Assembly (NCBI RefSeq): GCF_021246445.1
Contig: NZ_JAJQXW010000005.1
Location: 1 to 64,000 of the forward strand
From: Rhabdothermincola salaria
Lineage (GTDB): Bacteria > Actinomycetota > Acidimicrobiia > Acidimicrobiales > Acidimicrobilacustridaceae
Length of the DNA stretch: 64,000 nt
Direction: 5' to 3'
Position numbers and translations under genes: made by a program. Below are positions 42,865 through 52,051 of the stretch, one piece after another (the stretch's first letter is position 1; each line of letters starts with the position of its first letter). The notes beneath the pieces are model-generated. The model did no database searches. It was not told the origin of the DNA and was given only the letters and a program-made list of their open reading frames with translations.

Positions 42865-43685
42865 TGGCTGGACGATTCGCAGGACGGCGCGCCGTGGTCA
42901 CCGGCTCGAGCCGGGGCATCGGCGCCGGCATCGCCGAGCGCCTGGCCGCCGAAGGAGCGGACCTGGTGCTCACCGCCCGCACGCTCGACAAGCACGACCA
43001 CCTGCCCGGCAGCCTCAACGACACGCGCGCTCGCCTCGAGAAGTACGGCACCGCGGTCTCGGTGGTCGTCGCCGACCTCACCGACCCCCAGGACCGCCTC
43101 CGGGTGATCCCCGAGGCGGTCGAGGCCCTGGGCGGCCCGGTCGAGATCCTCGTCAACAACGCGGCGGCGTCGATCCAGGCGCCCTTGGCCGAGGTGTCGG
43201 TCAAGCGGCGCAACATCATGTTCGAGGTGAACGTCAACGCCCCGGTCGACCTGTCGCTGGCCGTCGTGCCCGACATGGTCGCCGCCGGTGAGGGCTGGAT
43301 CGTCAACCTGTCGAGCGGCAGCGCCCAGCTGTGGCCCGGTCCCGGCCACGAGCTCAGCGACTCGGCCGAGCGCATCATCGCCTACGGCGCCTCCAAGGCG
43401 GCTCTCAACCGGGTGAGCAACGGCATGGCGGCCACGCTCCACGGCACCGGGGTGCGGGTGAACACCGTGGAGCCGCGAGCTGCGGTGCTGAGCGAGGGCG
43501 CCGCCCAGCTGGTGGGCGACATCTTGACCCCCGACCAGATCGAGTCGATGGAGGAGATGGTGGAGGGGACCGTGGCCCTGTGCGACTGCCCGGCCGACGT
43601 GACCGGCCGGATCACGGTCAGCCTCGACCTGATCGAGGAGTGGGGTCTCACCGTCCACGGCCTCGACGGCAACGCGCTGTCCTGA
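42864..43685 (+). CDS. Short-chain dehydrogenase/reductase
   Basis: TGSSRGIG, LVNNAA, YGASK. Confidence 0.9.
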   Translation: MAGRFAGRRAVVTGSSRGIGAGIAERLAAEGADLVLTARTLDKHDHLPGSLNDTRARLEKYGTAVSVVVADLTDPQDRLRVIPEAVEALGGPVEILVNNAAASIQAPLAEVSVKRRNIMFEVNVNAPVDLSLAVVPDMVAAGEGWIVNLSSGSAQLWPGPGHELSDSAERIIAYGASKAALNRVSNGMAATLHGTGVRVNTVEPRAAVLSEGAAQLVGDILTPDQIESMEEMVEGTVALCDCPADVTGRITVSLDLIEEWGLTVHGLDGNALS

Positions 43686-43763
43686 CCCGGTCCCGGTCGT
43701 CGGGGTCGGGCGGCAGCAGCCGTCGCCCGGCTCCGGGGTCGCCGGGCCGGCGGGCAGTCCGGC

Positions 43764-44744
43764 TCAGCGGGGTACGCGAGGAGCGCGGCGGCTGTACGTG
43801 GTGCTGATGGCCTCCACCCAGGCGTCCTCGTGGTGGGGGTCGTCGGGGGGCTCGACGTCGACGCCCCGCGCTCGCAGATCGGCCACGAACGTGTCGACGA
43901 CGCGCTCGAGGGTGAGGTCGTCGACGTGCTCCTCGCACCGGGCCAGCTCGTCGGCGTCGGCGTAGATCTCGCCCTTCCACGACACGGTGATGCGGACATC
44001 GGCATCGGTGGCGGTGTGGACGACCTCGTCGCCGTTGCGCATCTGCCAGCCACCCGCCACGCGGTGCAACGACGAGTCACGGGTGAGGCCCTCGATGAGG
44101 GCGTCGCCCTCGTCGCCCACCGGGGCCACCCCGTGGTAGGTGCGCTCGTTGTCGGACAGGACGGCCACGTTGCCGTACGGGGGCTCCACGACGGCCGACG
44201 GGGCGTCGGGACCGTCGGGCCAGTAGTGGAAGGCGCCGCCGGGCCCGTCGTAGAACCAGCTCACAGCGGTGGCCAGCCGCACCCGCCAGTGCTCGAACAA
44301 CCCGGAGCTCATCATCTGGTTGAGGAGCCAGACGGGGTGGTCGTCGCGGGTGAACCCCCGGAAGGCGGGGACGTCGGTGTGGGGGATGAACGGCACCGGG
44401 CCCGGCACCATCACGTTCACGTAGACGGTCTGGGGGCGAACGATGGCCTCCGCCCCGAACACGGCGTGGGCGCCCTCGACGAAGCGGGGGTTGCCCAGGA
44501 CGACGTCGGCGCCCGGGATCAGGGCCCGGCGACCGAGGGCGAAGTCGCGCCGGAACCACGGCGGCACGAACATGGTGGCCCCCTGGTTGCCGCCGGTGGC
44601 CCGCACCTCCTTCTCGGTGCCGGCGTAGCGGGCGATCGGCCACCACTCCTCGACCGCCCGGATGGTGTCGACCACCAGCGCCGGGTCGTCGTAGGCGGGC
44701 TCGAGGCGCACGGCGCTCGGCGTCGTGGTGGACGTGGCGGTCAT
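43764..44744 (-). CDS. Hypothetical protein, possible Fe(II)/2-oxoglutarate oxygenase fold
   Basis: 326 aa from ATG 44744 with upstream GGGGGA; HTD...YHGV...RITVSW pattern. Confidence 0.65.
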   Translation of the reverse strand: MTATSTTTPSAVRLEPAYDDPALVVDTIRAVEEWWPIARYAGTEKEVRATGGNQGATMFVPPWFRRDFALGRRALIPGADVVLGNPRFVEGAHAVFGAEAIVRPQTVYVNVMVPGPVPFIPHTDVPAFRGFTRDDHPVWLLNQMMSSGLFEHWRVRLATAVSWFYDGPGGAFHYWPDGPDAPSAVVEPPYGNVAVLSDNERTYHGVAPVGDEGDALIEGLTRDSSLHRVAGGWQMRNGDEVVHTATDADVRITVSWKGEIYADADELARCEEHVDDLTLERVVDTFVADLRARGVDVEPPDDPHHEDAWVEAISTTYSRRAPRVPR

Positions 44745-44841
44745 GTGGAGTCCCCCTGTGGGCCGAAGCGTCCCGGGACGCCGAGGGTAGCGGTTGACGA
44801 GACGCGCATCCGCGCCCGGCGGCGCGCCGCCGGGGCGGGGC

Positions 44842-45819
44842 TCAGGTGCCGGCCAGGCGAGCCACCACCGGGGCCATGCCCTCCATGGCGTCGGCCCCGA
44901 TCCCGATGTAGGAGATCCCGAAGCGGTCGCGGCGCTCCTGGATCTGCTCGACGAGCTGCTCGACGGTGCCGGCCAGGGCGTGCGGCGACTCCAGGGCGTC
45001 GGCCGGCGAGATGCCGAGTGCCGGCCCGAGCAACTCGGCCATGGCGTCGCGGTCGTCGGTGACAGCCGCGACGTGCACCCTGACCTGCAGCTCGAGGTCG
45101 TCGTAGCGGTCTCCGGCGGCGTCGTGGATCCACCGGAGCTTCTCGGTGGTGGCGTCGGTGGTGGCGTTGGGACCGGCATCGGCATCGATGACGCCCTTGC
45201 GCAGGTCGATGTTGATGCCCACGATGTCGGCCTCGCGGGCCGCCAACGAGAGCATCCTGCGTCCGCCTCCGCCGAGCAGCAGGGGCGGCCCGGGCCGTTG
45301 GAGGGGCTTGGGGAGGCCCTCCAGAGCGTGGACCCGGTAGTGGTCGCCGTCGAAGGACACCGGGCCGTCGGCGAACAGGCCCTTGATGATCCCGACCGCC
45401 TCGGCGAGGCGCTCGATGCGGACCCCGGGCCGGTCGAGGGCGATGCCGGACTGCTCGTAGTCGGTGGTCATCCAGCCGGCGCCGAGGCCCAGCTCGAAGC
45501 GCCCCTCGCACAGCACGTCGATCGTGGCTGCCTCCTTGGCCATGACCACGGGATGGCGGTAGTCGTTGCACCAGACGAGGCCGCCGACGCGGAGGCGGGT
45601 GGTGGCGTCGGCGGCGGCCATCACGGCCGGGGTGATGGCGAACTGGTCGTCGAAGTGGTCGGCCACGGTGAGGGTGGCGTAGCCCAGGTCCTCGACCCGG
45701 CGGGCCAGGTCCCGCCAGGCCCGGGCGTCGGCCGGGGTGCCGGTGAGGCCACCGGCCGGGGCGCTGGCCTGGACGCCGAAGCGGAAGGGCTTGGGGCGGG
45801 GCAGGGGCACGGCGCTCAT
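44842..45819 (-). CDS. LLM-class, probably F420-dependent oxidoreductase (TIGR03621-like)
   Basis: FRFGVQ, ADHF, NDYRHP, GRFELGLGAGW, AAREADIVG. Confidence 0.85.
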   Translation of the reverse strand: MSAVPLPRPKPFRFGVQASAPAGGLTGTPADARAWRDLARRVEDLGYATLTVADHFDDQFAITPAVMAAADATTRLRVGGLVWCNDYRHPVVMAKEAATIDVLCEGRFELGLGAGWMTTDYEQSGIALDRPGVRIERLAEAVGIIKGLFADGPVSFDGDHYRVHALEGLPKPLQRPGPPLLLGGGGRRMLSLAAREADIVGINIDLRKGVIDADAGPNATTDATTEKLRWIHDAAGDRYDDLELQVRVHVAAVTDDRDAMAELLGPALGISPADALESPHALAGTVEQLVEQIQERRDRFGISYIGIGADAMEGMAPVVARLAGT

Positions 45820-45880
45820 GGCCGCACCGTACCGGCGTCCGGCCCCGCGCTCGGGCGCCGGATCGGCGTACCGTGACCCC

Positions 45881-46675
45881 ATGCCGGACGACCTCTCCGA
45901 CTTCACCTGCACGCCGTTCCGTCACGAGGGCACCACCCGAGACGTCTACCGCAGCGGTACCGGCCCGGCCGTGATCGTGATGGCCGAGATCCCCGGCATC
46001 ACCCCGGCGGTGGCCGCCTTCTCCCGTCGGGTGCGCGACCTGGGCTGCACGGTGGTGCTGCCGGTGCTCTTCGGTGAGCCCGGCAAGGACCCGAGCGGCG
46101 TGTACATGGCCCGGTCACTCGTCCCAGCGTGCGTGTCGAAGGAGTTCGCCGCCTTCGCCACCGGCCGCACGGCGCCGGTCACCGACTGGCTGCGCGCGCT
46201 CGCCCGCGATGCCCACGCCGCCTGCGGGGGGCCGGGCGTCGGGGCGGTTGGCATGTGCTTCACCGGCGGGTTCGCGCTCGGGATGATGGCCGGGCCCGAG
46301 ATGATCGCCCCGGTGCTCTCGCAACCTTCGCTCCCCATCGGCTTCACCGGGTCGGCCAAGTCGTCGGTGCACCTCTCCGACGACGACCTGGCCCGGGTTC
46401 GCGAGCGGGTCGACGAAGGGGTGTGCGTGCTGGGGTTGCGCTTCACCAACGACCCGGTGGTGCCGGCCGAGCGCTTCGAACGGCTTCGTCGCGAGCTGGG
46501 TGACGGCTTCGTCGGGGTCGAGATCGACTCCTCCAAGGACAACCCGTGGGGCATCTCGACGCGGGCCCACTCGGTGCTCACCGAGCACCTCGTCGACCAG
46601 CCCGGGCACCCCACCCGCGAGGCGCTGGACCAGGTCCTGGACTTCTTCCGCGACCGCCTCCTGGCGTCGCAGTAG
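45881..46675 (+). CDS. Dienelactone hydrolase family protein
   Basis: EIPGITP, GMCFTGG nucleophile elbow, HSVLT. Confidence 0.85.
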   Translation: MPDDLSDFTCTPFRHEGTTRDVYRSGTGPAVIVMAEIPGITPAVAAFSRRVRDLGCTVVLPVLFGEPGKDPSGVYMARSLVPACVSKEFAAFATGRTAPVTDWLRALARDAHAACGGPGVGAVGMCFTGGFALGMMAGPEMIAPVLSQPSLPIGFTGSAKSSVHLSDDDLARVRERVDEGVCVLGLRFTNDPVVPAERFERLRRELGDGFVGVEIDSSKDNPWGISTRAHSVLTEHLVDQPGHPTREALDQVLDFFRDRLLASQ

Positions 46676-46685
46676 CGTCGCGGCC

Positions 46686-47093
46686 ATGCGGCTGATCCGT
46701 CGAGTGGTGCTCCTCCCCGCCGTGCTCGCCCTGGGCCTGGCACTGGGCGCCTGCGGTGGCGATGGTGACGGCGACGACAACGGCAACGACGAGGCCACGA
46801 CGACGACGGCGGAGCCCTCGGCCTCGAGCACCACGGCGGCGCCCTCGACGACCGCGGCACCGAGCTCCACCGCTGCGCCCTCAAGCACGGCGCCCCCCAC
46901 CTCCGAGGCGGGGTTGTCGCCGGGCGACCCCTGCGCGCTGGGCTCCGATCCCGACTGCATCGATCCGCTGGGCACCGGTGAGGGCACCTACCTCATCGGG
47001 GGCGCCGACTGCCTCGCCGCCTTCGCCGACTCGCCCACCCTCTGCGAGGACCTCGACGGCGACGGCTACGCCGGCTACCCCGACTCCGGCTGA
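46686..47093 (+). CDS. Putative lipoprotein with Ser/Thr-rich linker and small Cys-rich C-terminal domain
   Basis: Signal peptide with lipobox LGAC; (PSSTAA)-like repeats; 4 Cys and DLDGDG. Confidence 0.75.
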   Translation: MRLIRRVVLLPAVLALGLALGACGGDGDGDDNGNDEATTTTAEPSASSTTAAPSTTAAPSSTAAPSSTAPPTSEAGLSPGDPCALGSDPDCIDPLGTGEGTYLIGGADCLAAFADSPTLCEDLDGDGYAGYPDSG

Positions 47094-47122
47094 GGGCCGT
47101 CGTTCCGGTCGGTCGCCGTCGG

Positions 47123-47635
47123 TCAGTCCTCGATGACGTCGAGGCCCTTGGCTCGGAGGTCGGCGAGGTTGTCGAGCATGGCTTGCAGGACTTCGGGCGG
47201 GTGGCCTTCCCACCGCTCGAGCTCACCGACGATCCGCACCGGGTGGGGGCTGCGGTAGGACCGGGTGACGTTGCCCGGGAAGCGCTTGTTCGTGACGTTG
47301 GGGTCGTCCTCGAACGGGCCCGTCGGCTCGACGACGTAGATGCGCTCGCGTCCCTCGCCGTCGCCGAACGCCACCGCCAGCTCGGCGCCCCAGATGGCCG
47401 GCTCGAGCAACGCTGCGAAGTAGACGTGGTTGGCCACGCGGCCCTCGTGGTAGTTGGACGATCGCCCGGGCACCAGCTCGTCACCGACCGCGAACTCGGC
47501 CCTGGTGCCGTGGAAGAACGGCCCCTCCACGTGCTCGTGGCTGTCGAAGGTGACCGGCACGTGCTCGGTGCCGGCCGATGCCTCGATCGCTTCGGCGATG
47601 GACATCAGGTGTGCTGGCCGCTGGTCGTCCGCCAC
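47123..47635 (-). CDS. arr: NAD(+)-rifampin ADP-ribosyltransferase
   Basis: FFHGTRA, SNY, HVYF, WGAELA, YVVEPTGPFEDDPNVTNKRFPGN.TRSYRS; start may be the downstream Met. Confidence 0.92.
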   Translation of the reverse strand: MADDQRPAHLMSIAEAIEASAGTEHVPVTFDSHEHVEGPFFHGTRAEFAVGDELVPGRSSNYHEGRVANHVYFAALLEPAIWGAELAVAFGDGEGRERIYVVEPTGPFEDDPNVTNKRFPGNVTRSYRSPHPVRIVGELERWEGHPPEVLQAMLDNLADLRAKGLDVIED

Positions 47636-47717
47636 GGTCCCTCCAGTTGTGATCCGCCGGTGCTCGCCGCTCGTCCGGTCGAGGGCGACCGGACCGGGAG
47701 GCGGGTCTCAGATCATC

Positions 47718-48506
47718 TCAGAGGTCGGGGATGCCCATCTCGAGGTTGGAGCCCTCGATGCCGCCGTCGACGCGGATGTCGCGGCCGGTGACGTAGGAGC
47801 CGGCCTCCGAGGAGAGGAAGACGGCAGCGGCGGCGATGTCGTCGACCGTGCCGAGGCGCCCCAGGGGCGTGCCGTCGATCATGGCCTGTTCGAGCTCGGG
47901 CATCTGCAGCACCATGTCGAGCGCCGAGGTGGCGATCGATCCGGGCGACACCGAGTTGACCCGGATCTTGGGGGCCAGGTCTTGGGCCATGTGGCGGGTG
48001 AGCTTCATGAGGGCGCCCTTGGCCGTGCCGTAGGCGGTGAAGCCACGGTCGGCGAACGACCCCGCCACCGAGGTGATGTTCAGGATGGAGCCGCCGCCCT
48101 GCTCGAGCAGGTGGGGCACCGCCAGCTGCGAGAGGTTGAAGGCGGTGGTGACGTTCCAGCGCAGGGCGTGGTCGAAGGCCTTCTCGGTGGTGTCCATGAA
48201 CGGCTGGGGCATGGAGCCGCCGGCGTTGTTCACCACGATGTCGATGCGGCCGAGCTCGCTGATGGCGGTGTCGACGAGGGTGCCCATCGCCTCTCGGGTG
48301 CTCAGGTCGCCCGGAACGACCACCGCCCGGCGGCCGAGGGCCTCGACCTGGTCGGCGACCTCGCGGAGCTGCTCCTCGGTGCGCGCGCCGATCACCACGT
48401 CGGCGCCGACCTCGGCGAAGGCGGTGGCGATGCGGGCGCCGATGCCGCGGCCGGCCGCGGTGACGATCGCGACCTTGCCATCGAGACGGAACAGATCGAG
48501 GATCAC
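47718..48506 (-). CDS. Short-chain dehydrogenase/reductase
   Basis: TAAGRGIG, NNAG, YGTAK, VDGG. Confidence 0.92.
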   Translation of the reverse strand: MILDLFRLDGKVAIVTAAGRGIGARIATAFAEVGADVVIGARTEEQLREVADQVEALGRRAVVVPGDLSTREAMGTLVDTAISELGRIDIVVNNAGGSMPQPFMDTTEKAFDHALRWNVTTAFNLSQLAVPHLLEQGGGSILNITSVAGSFADRGFTAYGTAKGALMKLTRHMAQDLAPKIRVNSVSPGSIATSALDMVLQMPELEQAMIDGTPLGRLGTVDDIAAAAVFLSSEAGSYVTGRDIRVDGGIEGSNLEMGIPDL

Positions 48507-48671
48507 TGGTTCTTCCCCCTTGTCGGCCCGCCGGGTGCGGGCCTGCGAACCCCGGCGACGCTAGCTGCCTGGGAGCGGGTCCCGAGGGGCTGGAGGGCCC
48601 GGTCGAGCCTGCCGCGAGCGGCCCCGGTGCCGGGCGAGGCCGTCACAGGCCACCGGTAGGGTGGGCGCGCC

Positions 48672-51600
48672 ATGTCGGACGACCTGCTCTCCGGGCTGAA
48701 CCCGGTCCAACACGAGGCGGTGACCCACACCGAGGGCCCGCTGCTCATCGTGGCCGGGGCCGGCTCGGGCAAGACGCGCGTCCTCACCCACCGCATCGCC
48801 CATCTCATCCGCGACCTCGGTGTGTCCCCGTTCGAGATCCTGGCCATCACCTTCACCAACAAGGCCGCCGACGAGATGAAGCACCGGGTGGCCGAGCTGG
48901 TCGGGCCGGTCGCCGAGAAGATGTGGGTCTCCACATTCCACTCGGCGTGCGTGCGCATCCTGCGGCGCGACGGCCACCTGCTGGGCTTCCCGTCGTCATT
49001 CACCATCTACGACCAGGCCGACGCCGTGCGCCTCGCCGGCTACGTCATCCGTGACCTGGGCCTCGACTCGAAGCGCTTCCCTCCCCGGTCGGTGCAGGCG
49101 ATCATCTCGGCGGCCAAGAACGACGGGGTGGGGCCCGTCGAGTACGCCGAGCGGGCCAAGGTGATCTTCGAGCGCAAGATCGCCGACGTCTTCACCGAGT
49201 ACCAGGCCCGCCTGCTCAAGGCCGGCGCCATGGACTTCGACGACCTGTTGGCCAACGCGGTGCGCCTGCTGCGCGAGCACCCCGAGGTGCTGGAGCACTA
49301 CCGGCGCCGCTTCCAGCACGTGCTGGTCGACGAGTACCAGGACACCAACCGGGTGCAGAACGACCTGGTGCTGCTGCTCACCCAGGAGTCCGGTCGGGTC
49401 TGCGTGGTGGGCGATGCCGACCAGTGCCTCCCCGCCGGCACCATGGTGCGCACGCCGACCGGCGAGGTCCCCGTAGAGCAGGTGAGGGTCGGCGACGAGG
49501 TGCTCGGCGCAGACGGTGGCCTCGAACCCGCTGTCGGGCGGGTGCGTGAGGTCGTGCCGGGCCGCTACAAGGGCACCATCGTGACCGTCCACGCGGGCGG
49601 TCGCACCCTCACGGGTACGCCCCACCACATCGTCCCCGCTCGGATGACGCTGAATCCGGGGCAGTGGGTCGTCTACCTCATGCACCGCGCCGACCGCGGC
49701 TGGCGTATCGGCCAGTGCAAGAGCGTCCGCTCCGATGATCGCGGCAACGCGGCCATCGGCGTGCGGGTCCGCGCCAACCAGGAAGGTGCCGACGCCGTCT
49801 GGGTGCTCCAGGTCTGCGACAGTCCCGCGGAGGCGTCGTACTGGGAGGCTCGCTTCGCCGCCGACTACGGGCTGCCGACGGCATGCTTCCACGGGATCGG
49901 GCGGCGGCTCTCCATGGACGAGGAGTGGCTCGAGCGGCTCTACGCCACGCTCGACACCGAGTCCCGAGCAAAGCAGTTGATGAGCGAGCTGCACCTCCAT
50001 CCGGAGTTCCCTCACCACCGCCCCCAGAACGGCGCCCGGCGGGCCACCGTGAACCTCACCATGTTCTCGGACCGACGTCGCTCGCGTGCCGGTCATCGGG
50101 TGCAGTGGTCATCCAACCGGGAGGCGGTCGCCGACCTCCTCCGCGCCGGCGGCCTCGCGGTGCGGCCGGGTCGGCTCCCTGGCACCGCTCGCTTCGAGAC
50201 CAGCCGCACCGACTATGTGGAGGCGGTCGAGCTTGCCCGCCGCGTCGCCGATGCGGGAGGTCTCGCCGTGCGTCGTCGGATGCTCATCGACGGCGAGGTG
50301 TACGACTTCACCCCGCTGGCCCACCTCCGACCCGGCATGGTCCTGCTGGCCGAGGGTGCCAACGGCTGGGAGGAGGTCGCCGTCGACGAGGTGGTCTTCG
50401 ATCACCACGACGGCCCGGTCTACGACCTCGAAGTGGCTGCGACGTACTCGTACGCAGCCAACGGGATCCTCAACAAGAACTCCATCTACAAGTTCCGCGG
50501 GGCGGACATGCGCAACATCGTGGACTTCGAGGATGCCTTCCCCGAGGTCACGGTGGTGCTGCTCGAGCAGAACTACCGGTCGAGCCAGACCATCCTCGAC
50601 GCCGCCAACGCGGTCATCGCCAACAACCTGGGGCGCAAGCCCAAGGAGCTGTGGACGGAGGCCGGGGCGGGCGAGGCGATCGTGCGCTACCACGCCGACG
50701 ACGAGGGCGACGAGGCCCAGTGGGTGGCCCACCAGCTCATGCACCTCCACGACGGCGGCCAGCACCGCTGGGGCGACTGTGCGGTCTTCTACCGCACCAA
50801 CGCCCAGAGCCGGGTCGTCGAGGAGTACCTCATGCGGGTGGGCATCCCCTACAAGGTGGTGGGGGGCACCCGCTTCTACGACCGGCGTGAGGTCAAGGAC
50901 GCCATCGCCTACCTGCGCGCCGCCAACAACCCGGCCGACGAGGTCAGCGTCAAGCGGGTGCTCAACGTGCCCAAGCGGGGCGTGGGCGACTCCACCGTCG
51001 GCCGCCTCGACGTGTATGCCCGGGCCCACGGGCTCACGTTCCTCGACACGCTCCGCGAAGCACCGGCCGCCGGCGTCACCGGGCGCGCCGTGAAGGGCAT
51101 CGAGCAGTTCCTCGCCCTGCACGAAGAGCTCATCGGGCTCATCCCCGAGGGCCCGGCGGCGGTGCTGGAAGCCGCCCTCCAGCGCTCGGGCTACGTGGCC
51201 GAGCTCGAGGCCGAGCACTCCATCGAGGCCGAGGGGCGCATCGAGAACCTGGCCGAGTTGGTGGGCGCGGCGCGCGACTTCGGCTCGGTCGACGAGTTCC
51301 TCGAGCAGATCTCGCTGGTGGCCGACACCGACGACCTCGACGGCGACGAGTCGTCGGTCGTGCTCATGACCCTGCACTCGGCCAAGGGCCTCGAGTTCCC
51401 CGTGGTGTTCCTGGTCGGCCTCGAGGACGGCGTGTTCCCCCACCTGCGCTCCATCGGCGAGCCCGACGAGCTCGAGGAGGAGCGCCGCCTCGCCTACGTG
51501 GGCATCACCCGGGCCCGCGAGCGGCTGTACCTGTCCCACGCCTGGGCCCGCAACATCTACGGCGGCACCCAGTACAACCCGCCCAGCCGCTTCCTCGACG

Positions 51601-52025
51601 AGATCCCCGAGGGCCTGGTGCAACAGATCGAGGGCAACCGGCGGGCGTCGCGGCGACCGGCCAGCGGCAGCTGGGGGGGCTCCGGTTCGTCGGGCAGCAG
51701 GGGCTTCGGCGGCGGCGGGGGCGGCGGATACGGCCGTGGTCGCCGCTCAGAGGACGACGAGTGGACGGGGTCGGTGATCGGCGGCCGCAGCCGTCACCGC
51801 GACGACGTGGTCGAGGCCGCCCTCAAGCCGACCGCGCCCGAGCCCAGCGGTGCCGACAAGCTGGGCCTGGCCGTCGGCGACGACGTGCACCACCAGAGCT
51901 TCGGCGACGGTGTGATCACCGCCATCGAGGGCACGGGCGACAAGACCGTCGCCCACGTGCACTTCGCCGGCGGCGTCGGGTCCAAGCAGCTCCTGCTGTC
52001 GTGGGCGCCGCTCGAGAAGCGCTGA
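48672..52025 (+). CDS. pcrA: ATP-dependent DNA helicase PcrA/UvrD, intein-containing
   Basis: AGAGSGKT, TFTNKAA, DEYQD, GDADQ|SIY.FRGA, NYRS, TLHSAKGLEF, EERRLAYVGITRA. Confidence 0.95.
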   Translation: MSDDLLSGLNPVQHEAVTHTEGPLLIVAGAGSGKTRVLTHRIAHLIRDLGVSPFEILAITFTNKAADEMKHRVAELVGPVAEKMWVSTFHSACVRILRRDGHLLGFPSSFTIYDQADAVRLAGYVIRDLGLDSKRFPPRSVQAIISAAKNDGVGPVEYAERAKVIFERKIADVFTEYQARLLKAGAMDFDDLLANAVRLLREHPEVLEHYRRRFQHVLVDEYQDTNRVQNDLVLLLTQESGRVCVVGDADQCLPAGTMVRTPTGEVPVEQVRVGDEVLGADGGLEPAVGRVREVVPGRYKGTIVTVHAGGRTLTGTPHHIVPARMTLNPGQWVVYLMHRADRGWRIGQCKSVRSDDRGNAAIGVRVRANQEGADAVWVLQVCDSPAEASYWEARFAADYGLPTACFHGIGRRLSMDEEWLERLYATLDTESRAKQLMSELHLHPEFPHHRPQNGARRATVNLTMFSDRRRSRAGHRVQWSSNREAVADLLRAGGLAVRPGRLPGTARFETSRTDYVEAVELARRVADAGGLAVRRRMLIDGEVYDFTPLAHLRPGMVLLAEGANGWEEVAVDEVVFDHHDGPVYDLEVAATYSYAANGILNKNSIYKFRGADMRNIVDFEDAFPEVTVVLLEQNYRSSQTILDAANAVIANNLGRKPKELWTEAGAGEAIVRYHADDEGDEAQWVAHQLMHLHDGGQHRWGDCAVFYRTNAQSRVVEEYLMRVGIPYKVVGGTRFYDRREVKDAIAYLRAANNPADEVSVKRVLNVPKRGVGDSTVGRLDVYARAHGLTFLDTLREAPAAGVTGRAVKGIEQFLALHEELIGLIPEGPAAVLEAALQRSGYVAELEAEHSIEAEGRIENLAELVGAARDFGSVDEFLEQISLVADTDDLDGDESSVVLMTLHSAKGLEFPVVFLVGLEDGVFPHLRSIGEPDELEEERRLAYVGITRARERLYLSHAWARNIYGGTQYNPPSRFLDEIPEGLVQQIEGNRRASRRPASGSWGGSGSSGSRGFGGGGGGGYGRGRRSEDDEWTGSVIGGRSRHRDDVVEAALKPTAPEPSGADKLGLAVGDDVHHQSFGDGVITAIEGTGDKTVAHVHFAGGVGSKQLLLSWAPLEKR
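49425..50480 (+). mobile_element. Intein (352 aa) in helicase motif III
   Basis: Begins CLPAGTMV after GDADQ; TPHH block B; VYDLEV block F; ends NGILNKN followed by Ser; removal restores GDADQSIYKFRGA. Confidence 0.93.
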
Positions 52026-52051
52026 GCGGCCTCTGACCTCGGACTCGGACC

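Noticed and set aside
51640..51800. Gly/Ser/Arg-rich stretch in PcrA as a second insertion
   Set aside because: Matches the usual disordered linker before the C-terminal Tudor-like domain of PcrA/UvrD.
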